From positions 1-63,920 of the forward strand of contig UYFQ01000407.1 in NCBI GenBank assembly GCA_900617105.1: a stretch of DNA of 63,920 bases. The letters run 5' to 3'. Position numbers and translations under genes: made by a program. Positions 1 through 12,500 of the stretch are shown here, piece by piece. Origin of the DNA: Hydrurus foetidus (lineage: Eukaryota). The notes under the pieces were generated by a model. That model saw only the letters and a program-made list of their open reading frames with translations. It had not been told where the DNA came from and made no database searches. Every line of letters begins with the position of its first letter. The stretch's first letter is position 1.

Positions 1-429
1 CCAACCGCTGAATCCGAAATAAAGGCAGTTAACCACACACTCAAAGCAGAAGTCATAGCTAATAGAGGAATATTAAATCAAATGGGCTGGACTCAGTCAC
101 CCACAGTAATTGAAGAAGACAACAAAGCGTGCGTAGATGCATCAATATTACCTCACATGACAAGAAACCTTAGGCATCTCGAATTAACAGAAAACTTCCT
201 CAAGGAAAAATATGCTGATGGTACATGCATACTCATAAAAGTCGCATCAGGCGACAACAACGCAGATATAGGTACAAAAAGAGTACCGAGAGCTCTATTC
301 GATAAGCTAACAGATACGATAATCGACAAATCACTCCGCGAAGTAAAACACAAAGTAAACAAAACTGTTATGTTCACAAATAAAAATCAATACATCAGCC
401 CCCAAATATATGATGGTACAATTAATTGA
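1..429 (+). mobile_element. Ty1/Copia retrotransposon pol, 3' end (RNase H domain), truncated by the window start
   Basis: Frame from position 1 reads TAESEIKA...IEEDNKAC...RHLEL...NNADIGTK, matching the Copia RNase H motifs (TxEAE, EDN, ADxxTK); stop at 427-429. Confidence 0.9.
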
Positions 430-716
430 ACAATAAAAGATGTACATTAATAAGTACAATAACAATTATAAAATCGAATAAAAATTAAAATAATATAACA
501 ATAGATACACCCAGAATGTATAATACAAAATCGAAAAATAACTCAAGTAACGCTCGACATAAGCTCACGTTAAGAAGAGGATACGATTAATACTACTTCA
601 CCCGCCCCGAGATAAGTTCGCCGGACAAGTACAAGACAAGAGCCGGACTCAAGACCCCAAGCCCAAACAAGAAGTCAAAAATATTCATTACATATGCAAT
701 TGTTGATTACGGGGTG

Positions 717-1184
717 TGTCGGCTTACGACTGCCATAAGTGCATGTTACAGCCGTATATACCGTTAAGTTAATCATCAATTAGCATTATAGATAAATCAC
801 ATTTTAGTGTTTAAATGCATGTTAAGGAACACACAATAGCATACAACCAAGCCGCTTCCTCAATGCCTTTCATATCGTATGCTATGCTATTGTTATAGTA
901 CCTCAAACATAGCCCTAGTAGACCCGGGTAACATTTAGTACGAGACTCATCACCTACCATCCCTCCAGTATGTATAAGTGTATGAACTACTACCTCATTT
1001 ATCATATGCAGAGAATTATCTCCTGCGATCTGACATTTCGGGAACTGCAACGTCAGAGTAACTTCTAGACGTTTGTCAGGTAGATTGCTTGCCACCATTC
1101 GTTACCTGCTGTGTCGCCAACCAAGTTTCTAACTCATAATTAAACTATTTTCCGTTGCACGATATTACATCGTGGGTCCTCACA
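717..1184 (+). repeat. Probable 3' LTR of the first Copia element (right end uncertain)
   Basis: PPT-like GGGGTG (711-716) followed by TGTCGG, the same junction style as the second element (AGGGGTG|TGTTGG). The end at ...CACA (1184, alternatively 1240) is a guess because the partner LTR is outside the window. Confidence 0.5.
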
Positions 1185-1969
1185 AATCCGATTTGCTCTT
1201 GACCACGGCGCCGCGCTTATACGCTTGCTGCCAACTCACAATTAGGTTTATCCCCCAATTTAAAAATTCCGTGTGAGACGTTTTCCGCATTCCGGATATC
1301 GATTTCGTACTTCTCAGGGGTCCTATAATCACCCTTTAAACGATATTTTATTTCACGGATTTAGAGTCATTTCCGTAAAATTTTGGAAAAAAAAGCGTTC
1401 TTAATTGGAGTTTTTAAGAAATAAAGGGTCCCCCACTCTACGGGCTGATGACACCAAGAAAGGTAACATACGGTTTTGAAAAAAAATATCTTAAACCCCT
1501 TTTTTAGGTAAAAAAACATCTTAAAATTTCAGCTTTTCGATTTGGGCACTCAAATGATCGATTGTAGGCGGTGGCTAAGCATCACATCCTCGAGCACGAT
1601 CCCAATATGATGGTTGTCCTTCTGACGAATCTGAAGATATGACGTGCTTCAGTATGATGTGGTCTACAGTACAGTGTGATGCCGATGCATTTTCGAGTTC
1701 TGTATTTCCCCAATTTTTTTCGCATTTACAAAAATCCCGTCAAATTTCAGTTCACCAAATTTTTTAGAAGAACGAAAAAACGAAAAATGCATCGACATGG
1801 TCGTGTGCGGAATTTCATTTCGGTTCTTTTGAGCCATTGAACGTCAAAAACGATTCAGGCGTCGAATTGGGATTCGGCGCCAACTCAATTTTACCGTACT
1901 TGGTGTCTTCAGCCTGTACATGTTATAAGAAGCTTTACAATCTCGTGGGAGAGAAAATTGGCGTATATC

Positions 1970-2759
1970 ATGGGAAATTCATCTCCTGCTCTATTCGACT
2001 GCTCCTGTATTGAAGGTGTCTATCAGAATCTTGGGTCCGATGCGGAAGCAAAAGCCGCAAGGGATCGCATTGAATTACTTCAGCGGGGCGCAAAATTTGC
2101 CAGAAAAGCTCTACTTGGGCTAACATCTCAGGAAATGTTCTTGAAATTAAGCGAAGACACTACTGCCGTCGAATGGAAAACAATTGGTAAGAATGTACGA
2201 TTCAAAAACTGTGTATTTAACATTCTCGAACGCAACAACGAAATAGATTCCCTCTCGTTTATGTACCACTGTGATGCGATACGACGATGCGTCGGCCCTG
2301 GTCTGCAATTCGGAGTCCTTTTACTTAATTTGAGTCCGCTCTTTGAACAACTGTCCGTCTTTGTCAGGAAAAACTTCTTGGACGGGAGGAGATGAGCACG
2401 GAGAAATAGACCTTACATCAAGGGTTAAGACCGTCAAATGTTCCGGCACGCAGGGAATAAACTTCATCGGTCTGGGATCAGAAGCAGACAAATCGTTATT
2501 TGAAGTTCATGCAGAGGACTCTACTACTCGTGATCAGTGGGTGATTACTTTAAATGAAATATTAGAGAACTGGGTGGCTAATCCAGCCCTGAAACCGACT
2601 TACAACGACTCTGCAGCCAAAACATCAAATAAAGCGGCATACTTCAAGAAACGAGAAGAAGAACTGGCTGGGCGAATCAAGGAGAATGAGGAAAAGAAAA
2701 AGAAGTATTCTGCCGGCGGAATGAAACATGTTGCTCAGGCGATGATGAATAGATCTTGA
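1970..2759 (+). CDS. Small PH-fold protein with putative N-myristoylation and palmitoylation sites; 2 exons (intron 2187-2367)
   Basis: Starts MGNSS...CSC. A GT..AG intron joins ORFs 1958-2395 and 2343-2759 in frame. PH-like C-terminal helix FEVHAEDSTTRDQWVITLNEIL. Confidence 0.65.
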
Positions 2760-3525
2760 AGGCATTCTCTACGTCATGTTTGTCTGATGCTCGCAGAATA
2801 GCTATCGCGGTATATCCCGCCACCTCAAACCATCCATCCCTGTCAATATTTCTAAGGGCGACAACTTTTGGATCCACTGGTCGAAAGTAGATCATTCTCC
2901 CTCTAATCGCACGATAGCAATGTTGAATCGGTTGCCGCCACCCGTCGCTGTGGGTCTTGAGCGCAGCAATATCTAGAGATAGACGATTGAACACCTTGAA
3001 CTAAAATTAGGCGAAGCCAGTATGCCTGAAGACTAACAGCAATTGACTCATGCTATCAAACGTGAACAGCTGAGATCTGTTGTCGCGGACTTATGTCATC
3101 ACCGGAAATGCTGCAGCAGTATAGTAGATGCACATTAGAAACCGCTCGGTGAGCTAACCGCTCATCGAGCCGATGCAGCAAATGTAACGGAACATACAAA
3201 ATACATCAGGATTATTTTTCGCTACATCGTGATTTTACTTCCTCAGTCATTAATCACAATTATGGCAGCCAGGGCTAGTTCGTCTTCCTTTTTTTAGATT
3301 TGAGATTATATTTAATTAAAACATGACCTAAAATATTACGAACGTCACTTCGAGAAAATATAGGGTTATTCATATTACTTTACCATAAGAGATGGACACG
3401 AAGAGAGTTGTGAGTGCCTCTCGATAACATTAAGGATTGAAAGAATTCAGACACAGTAGTATACTCCATATTCAATGTGATGACATAGAAAAAAGAGGTA
3501 CAATCAGTGTGACGTGGCCCACTAT

Positions 3526-6500
3526 TTATTCATCGTCTTCTCCTTCTTCATCATCATCATCATGGTCATCATTCTTCTTGTCCAAGTCATAGTTCCATTC
3601 GTTATCAACACCTGTCACCTCATTACTATCGAAAAAAAGAGGATTCGACAGTCTTTTCAGAATCAGACCTTCATCCAAGGTTCTAGACTTGCAAGCTCCA
3701 AGCAATCCAATAGGCAGCTGACGGCATGATAGATACAGACATGGAGGCATAAGCATAGGAAGGTCGTTTCAGTCATTATACGATAAAAAATGAGCGACAG
3801 ACCGCATCCTTCAACATGTACCAAAAGCCCTTAGCGATCTTCTCAGCATGCAGTCAACTTACGTGTGATTTCCTCGTAGCGAAGTCCACTTTGCCCGTCC
3901 CAACAATGTCTCCTCCGTACTGCCCATCTGGATCCAAGACCCGAGAAAACCACTCTACTGTGCTGTCTCCAATGAGCAGTGTACGGGGAACTTTTCCCAC
4001 GGGTACGGGTTCCTCTGTGATTATGATTTGGGGGGGAGCAGTGGGGAGGGAGTCCATGGACCCCCTCTTCAGCTTCGCATCCGATCTCGCATCAGTGAGG
4101 TCCAGGGACTGCATAGTAGCAGCGGAGTCAGCCCTCCCCCTCTTCTGCTTCGCCTCATGTTTGAGGTCAGAGACATCGCTTGCGATGGTGGCTACCGAGT
4201 CCATGCGCCCTCTCCTCGACTTAGCGTCAGGGGTCTCAGGTATTGATGAAACGGAATCCAATCTACCGGGTGATTTTTGACGAGAGTCGAGTCTGCTTGA
4301 CAGGCAGTCACCTGGTGCAGTGCCTTGAGTGACTGCCGTGCCACTCGTCTTCTCAGCGTAATTGAGGGCTTGTTTAGGTTTCATCGAAGATGCATGTATG
4401 AGGGTTCGCTGTCCGGTCTGGAAGGAGGATATCTCGCACATGCCTGATTCAAAGCATGCAAAGAGTGTAGAACAAATCACATGAAAGACAGAGAGAGGAC
4501 AATCAGGTCAAGTAAGATGTCTTCTGCAGTCTGATACCGGGAAATATGATGTATCAGGGCATGGTAGATAGATCAATTCAATATACAGCGACAAGATTTG
4601 AATTTAATTTGAATTGACGAGGCAATCTTACCCACTGTTCCCCACACAAGAAGAAGATCCGTCAGTCCTATTTCCTCTCTCAATTTATTGCAGGACCGTG
4701 GACCTATGTCGTACACGTAATCCCTGATACGCAGACACTCAACAACGCTCTGTATGTAAAGGGTACGAATTAGATGGGGGAGAAATAATTACGATTGTAA
4801 ATTGTGGTTGTAGAAAAATCCAATCACTGCAATATTAAAGCTCGATTTATAGGTTACAGTTTGGAAGAAGATGGAATAGGATGGATCACGATATGATAGA
4901 GAGGCATAGAACCGCATTTATCGTAAGAATCAGTACCGGGTTTGGGGAGCAGTTTGAGAAAAGCATTCAGTAAGTTTGCTCTGGTTTCTCTTCCAACTCA
5001 CGTTTTTTGTTTCTATAAACGTCAGTGGCTGATTGTCACTTGAAATTGAAGCTGCTGCGGGTTGACTTTCTTTGCTTGTTACTGAGGGCTTCTTCTTAGG
5101 AAAGGCGAGTGAGTTCTTCTTGGAGGCGGGCAGTGAAGAGGAGGGGCGGGAAGGAGTGGAGGGCTGGGATATTGCATTGGCTGCCGACTGGGGAATGAGA
5201 GATATTCGTCATTACAGATCGTTCCAGTCTACAGTCAGTAGCCATATGAGGTACATTCAGTGTAAGAAAGGGAAGTAGATACAGTACGGACCTCTATCAA
5301 TTTAGTAGTGGACTCCTCGCGTTCCATCGCTTTCACTTCTTTGGCAACAACGGTCACAACCCTGCACTCTCCTTCGTAGTCTGCCCCTTCGTCTCTAGCA
5401 TCCTCATCTATCAAGCGGTAAGGCTCTCTCTTCATACGAGCAGACACAGCTTCGTCCCCTGTTATTGACACACAATCGTCGTCAATCTCACGGGAAGGAA
5501 GGAAGGAAGGAAGGAAGGAAGGAAGGAAGGAAGGAAGGAAGGAAGGATGAAAAAGTTACACATCTAATCATGCTGTACCGCACTGACGGTCACCCAAGAA
5601 GTCAAACCCACTCACCCGTCATAAAATCGACAGGGAGTATTACATGGCATCCTCTCGCCCTTGCTTTATACAGCAGATTTCGACAGACTATTTCATAATC
5701 ACAATATCCAGCATCTTCGTGTCGGAGAAGAGACACTTTCTTTGTTAATATGATAAAAGGAAGTGACATTTCCCCGACTATGAGTATTGTGTGTGCCTGA
5801 AGTTGTACACAGTTTATCGAGTTGGGGATTAAGTTGAGGAATGAATAGGGGAGTAATTATGACTCGTACGCACTGCATGGCATTATCGATGATGAGTACA
5901 TTCGTAAGCGCTTCATGCTATAAGAGAGTGTTGCTTACTGCGGCTAACACGGAGCAAATAGACATGATAGGTCGCAAGCGCAACTGATTCTCAATCTTGC
6001 AACAACTTCACAGTGTTTCTGCAGATCAGATGGGGTAGAATAGAATAAAATAGAATGTAAATGCGCTGAGTAGACGCACCAGATCGATAAGATGGTCTAA
6101 TGCATGGAATTTGTCCATTCGAACAGAGCCACCGAGAACCACTTTGAATCGAGGAGGTGCAGATGAGGTGCTAGGATTGGGAAGCACGAGAGAGGGCAGA
6201 ATGAGGGACAGAGAAGGAAGCAAAGGAGCAGGTCCAGGCAAGGTGTGGGAGGGACAATGAGAGGAATGGAATATTCTTGCGAAGTGGTAGACAGCTGGTG
6301 AAACTTCAACGGGCAGTTTGAGTCTTTTCTCTTTTTCGAATTCACCCGTAGACGCTGTATCTCCGGTTATATCAGACTGAAGAGCTTCTTCTGCTTCTCT
6401 CAGCAGCTCAGCAGCCAGGGGCATAAGTTGCATGACACCGATCCACAGCATAGTTTGTCTTATTTCCTTGGACACTACTCTCTGTGATGCAGGGACATCA

Positions 6501-9500
6501 CGCTGACATGATGTTATACCGGGTCTGCTAGCTCTACTGCTGCTACTTCCCCTGTTATTTACAGCGCTATCGCCATTGCTACTACTGCTTGCACAGTCAG
6601 CACCTGCAAAAAGATCAAAAGAAAACATCAATAAGTAGCGCTTTATTCACGACCGAGAATAGGCACTGATTTGAGGAACATCAGCATTGAAGTCAGACTT
6701 ATCTGTATCAATAAAAGTACCTCGTGGTCCATACAGAACATTCTTCAGGAAAGGAAGCTTCTCTGCAGTGTCATACGCATGAAGAAAAGTGTGCTGACCG
6801 TCAGGACGGAAGAATGCTCCAGCACAGCTCTCTATCCAAAGAGCAGGAGGAACTGTGGCTGCGGGATGTTGATGGAGGAATGTCTGATCAAATTATACGT
6901 GAATTGATTGCACTGTTCCCCTAAGAGATGCTACTCAAAGGCTAGATACGATTAGAGGTGTTTGTGTTTAAAATTGAGGTAAATCAAAGTCGGCCACTTC
7001 ACAGATAGACATGATTCGATATGCGAATGTTATAACACTCTGTACTTTGATTTTCTACTGCTTTCTGTCTCCTTCGATAACTTCATGAGAGTGCAGATGT
7101 GCGTGTACACAGTGAATTCACTATTACCCCCGACCGATTCAAATATCTCTCAGAGGTTACAATCCACTAGGAAAATGCTAGTGCAAAAAAATAGAACAAT
7201 CCTGTAGGATTCGTAATGTACAACTGTAACAGCTAGATACACATATACACACCCACACACACACACGTTCATACAGACACACACACACACATATATACAC
7301 ACACACTCACACATACTCACACCTTTTTGTGATTCAAAATCTTCCGTCCCCAATTCTTCCGGAGAATTTTCCGAAATAATTTCGCTTAGTTTGTCCATCT
7401 AGTAATCGACAGAAAAGTCCAGTTATCTCTGTTCCTTTACAGAATGGGTTAGGCAGGCTATATGGCATCATCAGCAGAGATGTGAAATCAAGTCCATCTA
7501 GTTCTCTCCTAATACCTACATCTTCCCTGATTTATCTCTCTATTTCGGATGATCATTCAATTCCAGTTCATCACTCATTCCCTTTTCCGTACCCTCTCAT
7601 TGACGTATTACTCCCGACATCATATTATGACATCACATGTTTAATATTTAGCCTCACCTGATAGCTGTCCTTCAAGCCGATAGTCGGACGGCCTGATGCG
7701 ATTGAATATGCCTCACTCAGTGCAGCAGACACACAGGTGTAGATTCCTTGTGGCCCTTCGCTTCCCTCCTCTTTCATAGCTTGTGAGACAGCACCACCAC
7801 CGGCAGTAGTAGCAGTGCACTCTCTGGATGCAGCTCTGTGAGGCCTCTTCTCTATCCACTCCTTCCGTCTCAGCGCTTCACTTTCTTCCAACCCGAAGGA
7901 CAAAGGGGGGTCTTCGTCATTCTCAATTAAAATCGGTAACTCGGGCTCAGGTGGGATTATATTCGGTATTCTCAGATCTTCAAGTACCAGCACTACGACA
8001 GTACGTACTGATGCAAAAGGACTGACATCTTTCCCAGGAAGCAATTGTAATCCTATGCAACAATGAGTTTGAGGCGATGCGATTGAGGGGAATATGAGGG
8101 AGTCACTAAGAAGTTAATTGAGTGTAAGATAGGAAAATATGTGTTGATATCATCAGAATGCACTGAAGATCGTTTGACATTCATAAAATGTAGGACAACT
8201 TGAGTACGAATCATAAATCAGGAATAAACAAGAACGAGTTAGACAAAAAAAATGACAAAAAAGAGACCGATTAGAACGTAATAATTTAAAAAACGATTCT
8301 GATCGTACCATTTATAGTGCTGCGGTCATAATTGTCCACTATCGTCTGGAGCCTAAAATTCAAATCTTCAAAATTTAAACACACTTGAACGTTGAATACG
8401 GCCACCCTCGGTATAGGATTGTCGCATTCTTGGACGGGCATACCGTTAATTTTTTTGTTTTTTCTGTATTTTAGTGATTTTGATCGTAAATCGTCTGTTA
8501 CAGAGGAAAGCATTTCTTTTATCTTTCTTGCAGCTGTTGTAGCATACGGATATGGGCTCGATTCTGTGTTCTGGCTTTCGTAAATCAGCACAGCGGTTGA
8601 TATCCCACCCATAGCAGCTTGGACAATAGGCTGTAAGGCAGCTATCTGCGAAGTGCCTAGGACATCGAATGCACTCAACACCCCCTCATCCTCATCCTCA
8701 TCTTCAACTTCAGCTTTACTTTTATTCTTTTCCCCGTCCCCACTTTTCTTCTTCGCACTATTGTCGTTCAACAAAGCACTGCCTCCTCCTGATGTGCTAG
8801 ATCTGTTGACAAAGCAAGCCCCATCGAAATTAAAGAAAGCTATCTTGCCTCTTTCGTCATCAACGTCAGTGTTCACTGTCTTGGATCCTCTTCTCCTCTG
8901 TTCTTCAGAACGTTCTTCACCGAACAGGTGTTCCATCTCAGATGATATTGCTGGATGTTTATATCCTAAGGAATCTTCATCTCTCAATACTGCGACATTT
9001 AGGAGACTTTCTCCTGCGTATAAAGAACGTTCCCCAGCGCGACTGCAAGACTCTTCCATGTGAGTGTCAACTTTAACGAACATTCTCTCCAGTGATTCGC
9101 ACAGTGCATCAGATATCTGGGAGTGCCCAGATAAAAATCATGTCATTGAGATGGTGTGTTGCAGATACATTGTGCGCAGTCATAGGGCGGTGAAGAGAAA
9201 AAAATAACGAGTAGAAAGGTCAATACATTCGATAGAGATCTCACCTGTTCGTACATACTGCGGTAGTAAGTATGCACTTGAGCGAGTTTGGATTCTCTTT
9301 CCCTCTCCAACTCTTCAGCTGATCCCTTCTTCTGCTTCTCACTTTTCTTCAAAGGTGTGTCAACTAGTGGGATAGATTCCAGAATCTGGGTCCACAGTCC
9401 CATGCCCTCCAGGGTGGAGAATGGGGACGGGATCTGGGGGATGTGCAGGGGACGGGGGGAGGGAGTCTCTGCTATACCTGCTGATGTGATGGTGGGCAGA

Positions 9501-12500
9501 GTGGTGGAATAGGAGGTGGTAGCACACTGTGTAGCGGCTGCAAGGGCTGTTGTGTGGAAATCATCGAAGTGATCACACGTACTACACAGAGCATCCTTGG
9601 CACTTGACGAAATAAATTCCACGGGCAGAACTTTCGTGAGAAGGAGGTTCAAGGTCCCAGAGCACTTCGCCAGTAGTGCTTCCGACTCTATGACAGTCGG
9701 ATGCTCAAGAGTGATTTTGTTCTCCTCAGTGCCTTGCTCTTCTTGTTCCTCCTCCTCTTCTTCTTCTTCTTCTTCTTCATCATCTTCTGCATCTGATTGA
9801 GCTGCCCTTGCGACTCTCTTCGCCTCTTTCACAGCCTCTTTAGAGGCGATTAACAGACCGTCCCTTATAGCTTTTTCAACAGCTGCTATATCTCTTGCAG
9901 TACGTACGTGACTGTTCGCAGCCTCCATCAAGGACTCAATGTTGAAGTCCCATAGAGGCTGGATGTCTCCCCACACAACTTCGTCATAGGGCTCAATTAC
10001 TCTCTCTGGAAAGATTTCTAGGACCATTTTTCTGAGCTGTTTTAAGTCCCTATTCGTGACAGCAAATGCTTTACTCTTACTCTTGTGCGCATTGCGGTCT
10101 CCTTCTCCTTCTCCTTCTCCTCCTTTTTCTTCTCCTTCTCCACGGTCTCCGGATAGGATATTTGTGGTCTCACCAGCAATTCTTAAATCCTCTATTCTCA
10201 TCGACACCTTCCGGCCCAAGGTATTCACATCGTCACAGATGGATTCAAATAGGCCAATCCTGTCACTCGTCACTACCACAGGCATGCTCGACCCAAACGT
10301 CCCTCCCAGATTATGAAATATATCGCAATTTATCTTCTCGAATAATTTTATTTTTCGTTGATTTATATGCCCTATTTTAACAGGTTCCCGTAACTTTCGT
10401 TTTGCCAACACTATCCCGTCAGTTTCGATTGTTTTTAATACGTCCTTTTCAACAGAAGTAGAGACACTTTGCCTACTCAGAATAGAGCCATCCACTTCCT
10501 TGACATGTCCTCTCACTATGAGTTGTAGCGGTGTGAGACTGTCGTATTCAGGTTCCTGAGATTGAAACACCGTTGCTGTAGCTGCTAGAGCTGATAGCAA
10601 CATAGGATGCAACTTGTTCGCCTTTGCTTGAAGTGTTGCCTCAGCATTCAGGACTGGAGTAGAGAGAAATCGAGATGTCAGCTTGAGTTTTTCATCGGAG
10701 GATAATGCACTTCAAGAGTAGAAGAGGAGGTAGATGCGTTTGACAAGATCCAGGACAGACAAATCCATTATCTACCGAGCGCTTTCACAGTCACAGGGAA
10801 GCAGTGTTGTGCTTGTAGGTTGCTAAATACATGGAATGCAGAACATTGCATAAGTCATCACTTCAAAACAGTTCCTCTTACCCAGCGGATCAATAGCTAT
10901 GTTGGCCCTAGGGTGCGTGTCTAGAGCCCAGGCCTCCGTAACAGCTCCAGCCGTCCCTCGGGGGGAAAAAGAAAAAAGAGTACGCACTATCTCCCCTGGG
11001 AGAATAATCCCCTTGGCTTTCATGCAATATATCGGAGAACGTTCTGCAGATAAGAAATGTTCTCTTGACAGCATGTCCTTCAAGTCTGTGCGTCCTAGGA
11101 GCTCTGAAATAGTGGACACCTCAGGGGGGTCCCTTGCTTCATCGTCTTTGACAACGCTCCATTCATAGGTGAAAGCCACAGTACCAGTGTTTTTGAATGT
11201 GGCGGCTTTGTAAAGAATATCGCCTGATGGGAGAAGTAAGTGCGTATATGCACATCAGGATAAATAGGGACTACTGCATAGCGATAATGAAAGAAGCAGC
11301 ACATATGAAAGAGTAGTAAATGCAAACAGCTGGTCTATAGGATACAATATAATTTGATTTGTCGAAATCTCGACAGGAGAAAAGTAGCATCTTGTATAAA
11401 AACAATGCAATCGACAGCAATGCTTCTAAATGAATCTAACCGGCAGACAGACATACGTACACACATACGCACATACATACAGATAGAGTGAGTGGCATAC
11501 TCATTCAGTGACTTACATACCGATATTGGAGGAAAAGACCATTTCATCGTGGGACATGAAGAGCACCTTAGGACCCTCCACAGAATGTTCTTCTTTCGCG
11601 AAATTCGCTGCTCCAACACTGCCTCTTCTGCTACCTTCAAGGAGCGGAGAAAGAGGTAGAGGTGGAGATTGAGAGGGGAGGAGCAGGGTAGACATCGATG
11701 GGGACAATTACGGATAATTGGAATAGAAATGGTGGCGAGAGAGAATCAGTCAATATAATGCCTGCGAGCCAGCCACACACGAAAGCTATATGGACTATGC
11801 TACATTAATACAGATGATACGACCAGCATCAACCAAAGACATGCTGATCTCCACGCACACGTAAAAGTACACGAACTTACGTACCATTCCTGCTGCTGGT
11901 TCTGGACCCCCGTCTGGACCCTCTCCTCGTGCTCGAAGCCGATCTCAACTTGTCTGACGCAACAAAACAGAACAGCGATTAAAACTATCAAACTTCGCGC
12001 TATGCAGAGAATGAATGAGAGCTACTAATCGTGGTATTGTTTGTATTAGATCAATCAGTACCAGGAGTTTTGTCTCTTTTTCTGTCGAATACCCCACCAA
12101 AAGATGATCTCCGTGCCTCGAGCCTTCCTCTCTGCGCCGCCTTAGACTGTGGTATTGAAGAAGCAGATGTGTGTGTGCGTGTGCGTGTGTGTGTGAGAGA
12201 GAGAGAGAGAGATACAAGGGAGAGAGAGAAAGAGAGAGTGAGAGATAAAGATGTGTAGTGGTGGAAAAGTACTACAATAGGGTTTGTAGACTGATGGTAG
12301 TAAAGACTTGTCCGTGGAATCTCCGACGAAATTTTGGACAGCGATTTCAACGGCAGAAGAATATTGTAAATGCATGATGGCTCAGCTATGCGATGCGATG
12401 CGATGCGATGCGATGCGTTATGCGATGCAATTCTATGCACAATTGATTGTATGAGCGACAGAAGGAACGAAGTGAAAACACAAATGGAGCATTACTATAT

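Noticed and set aside
8570..9083. Degenerate kinesin motor domain (FNFD, QAAMGG...LIY)
   Set aside because: No P-loop or switch motifs; the surrounding motif order fits the PGK N-terminal domain better.
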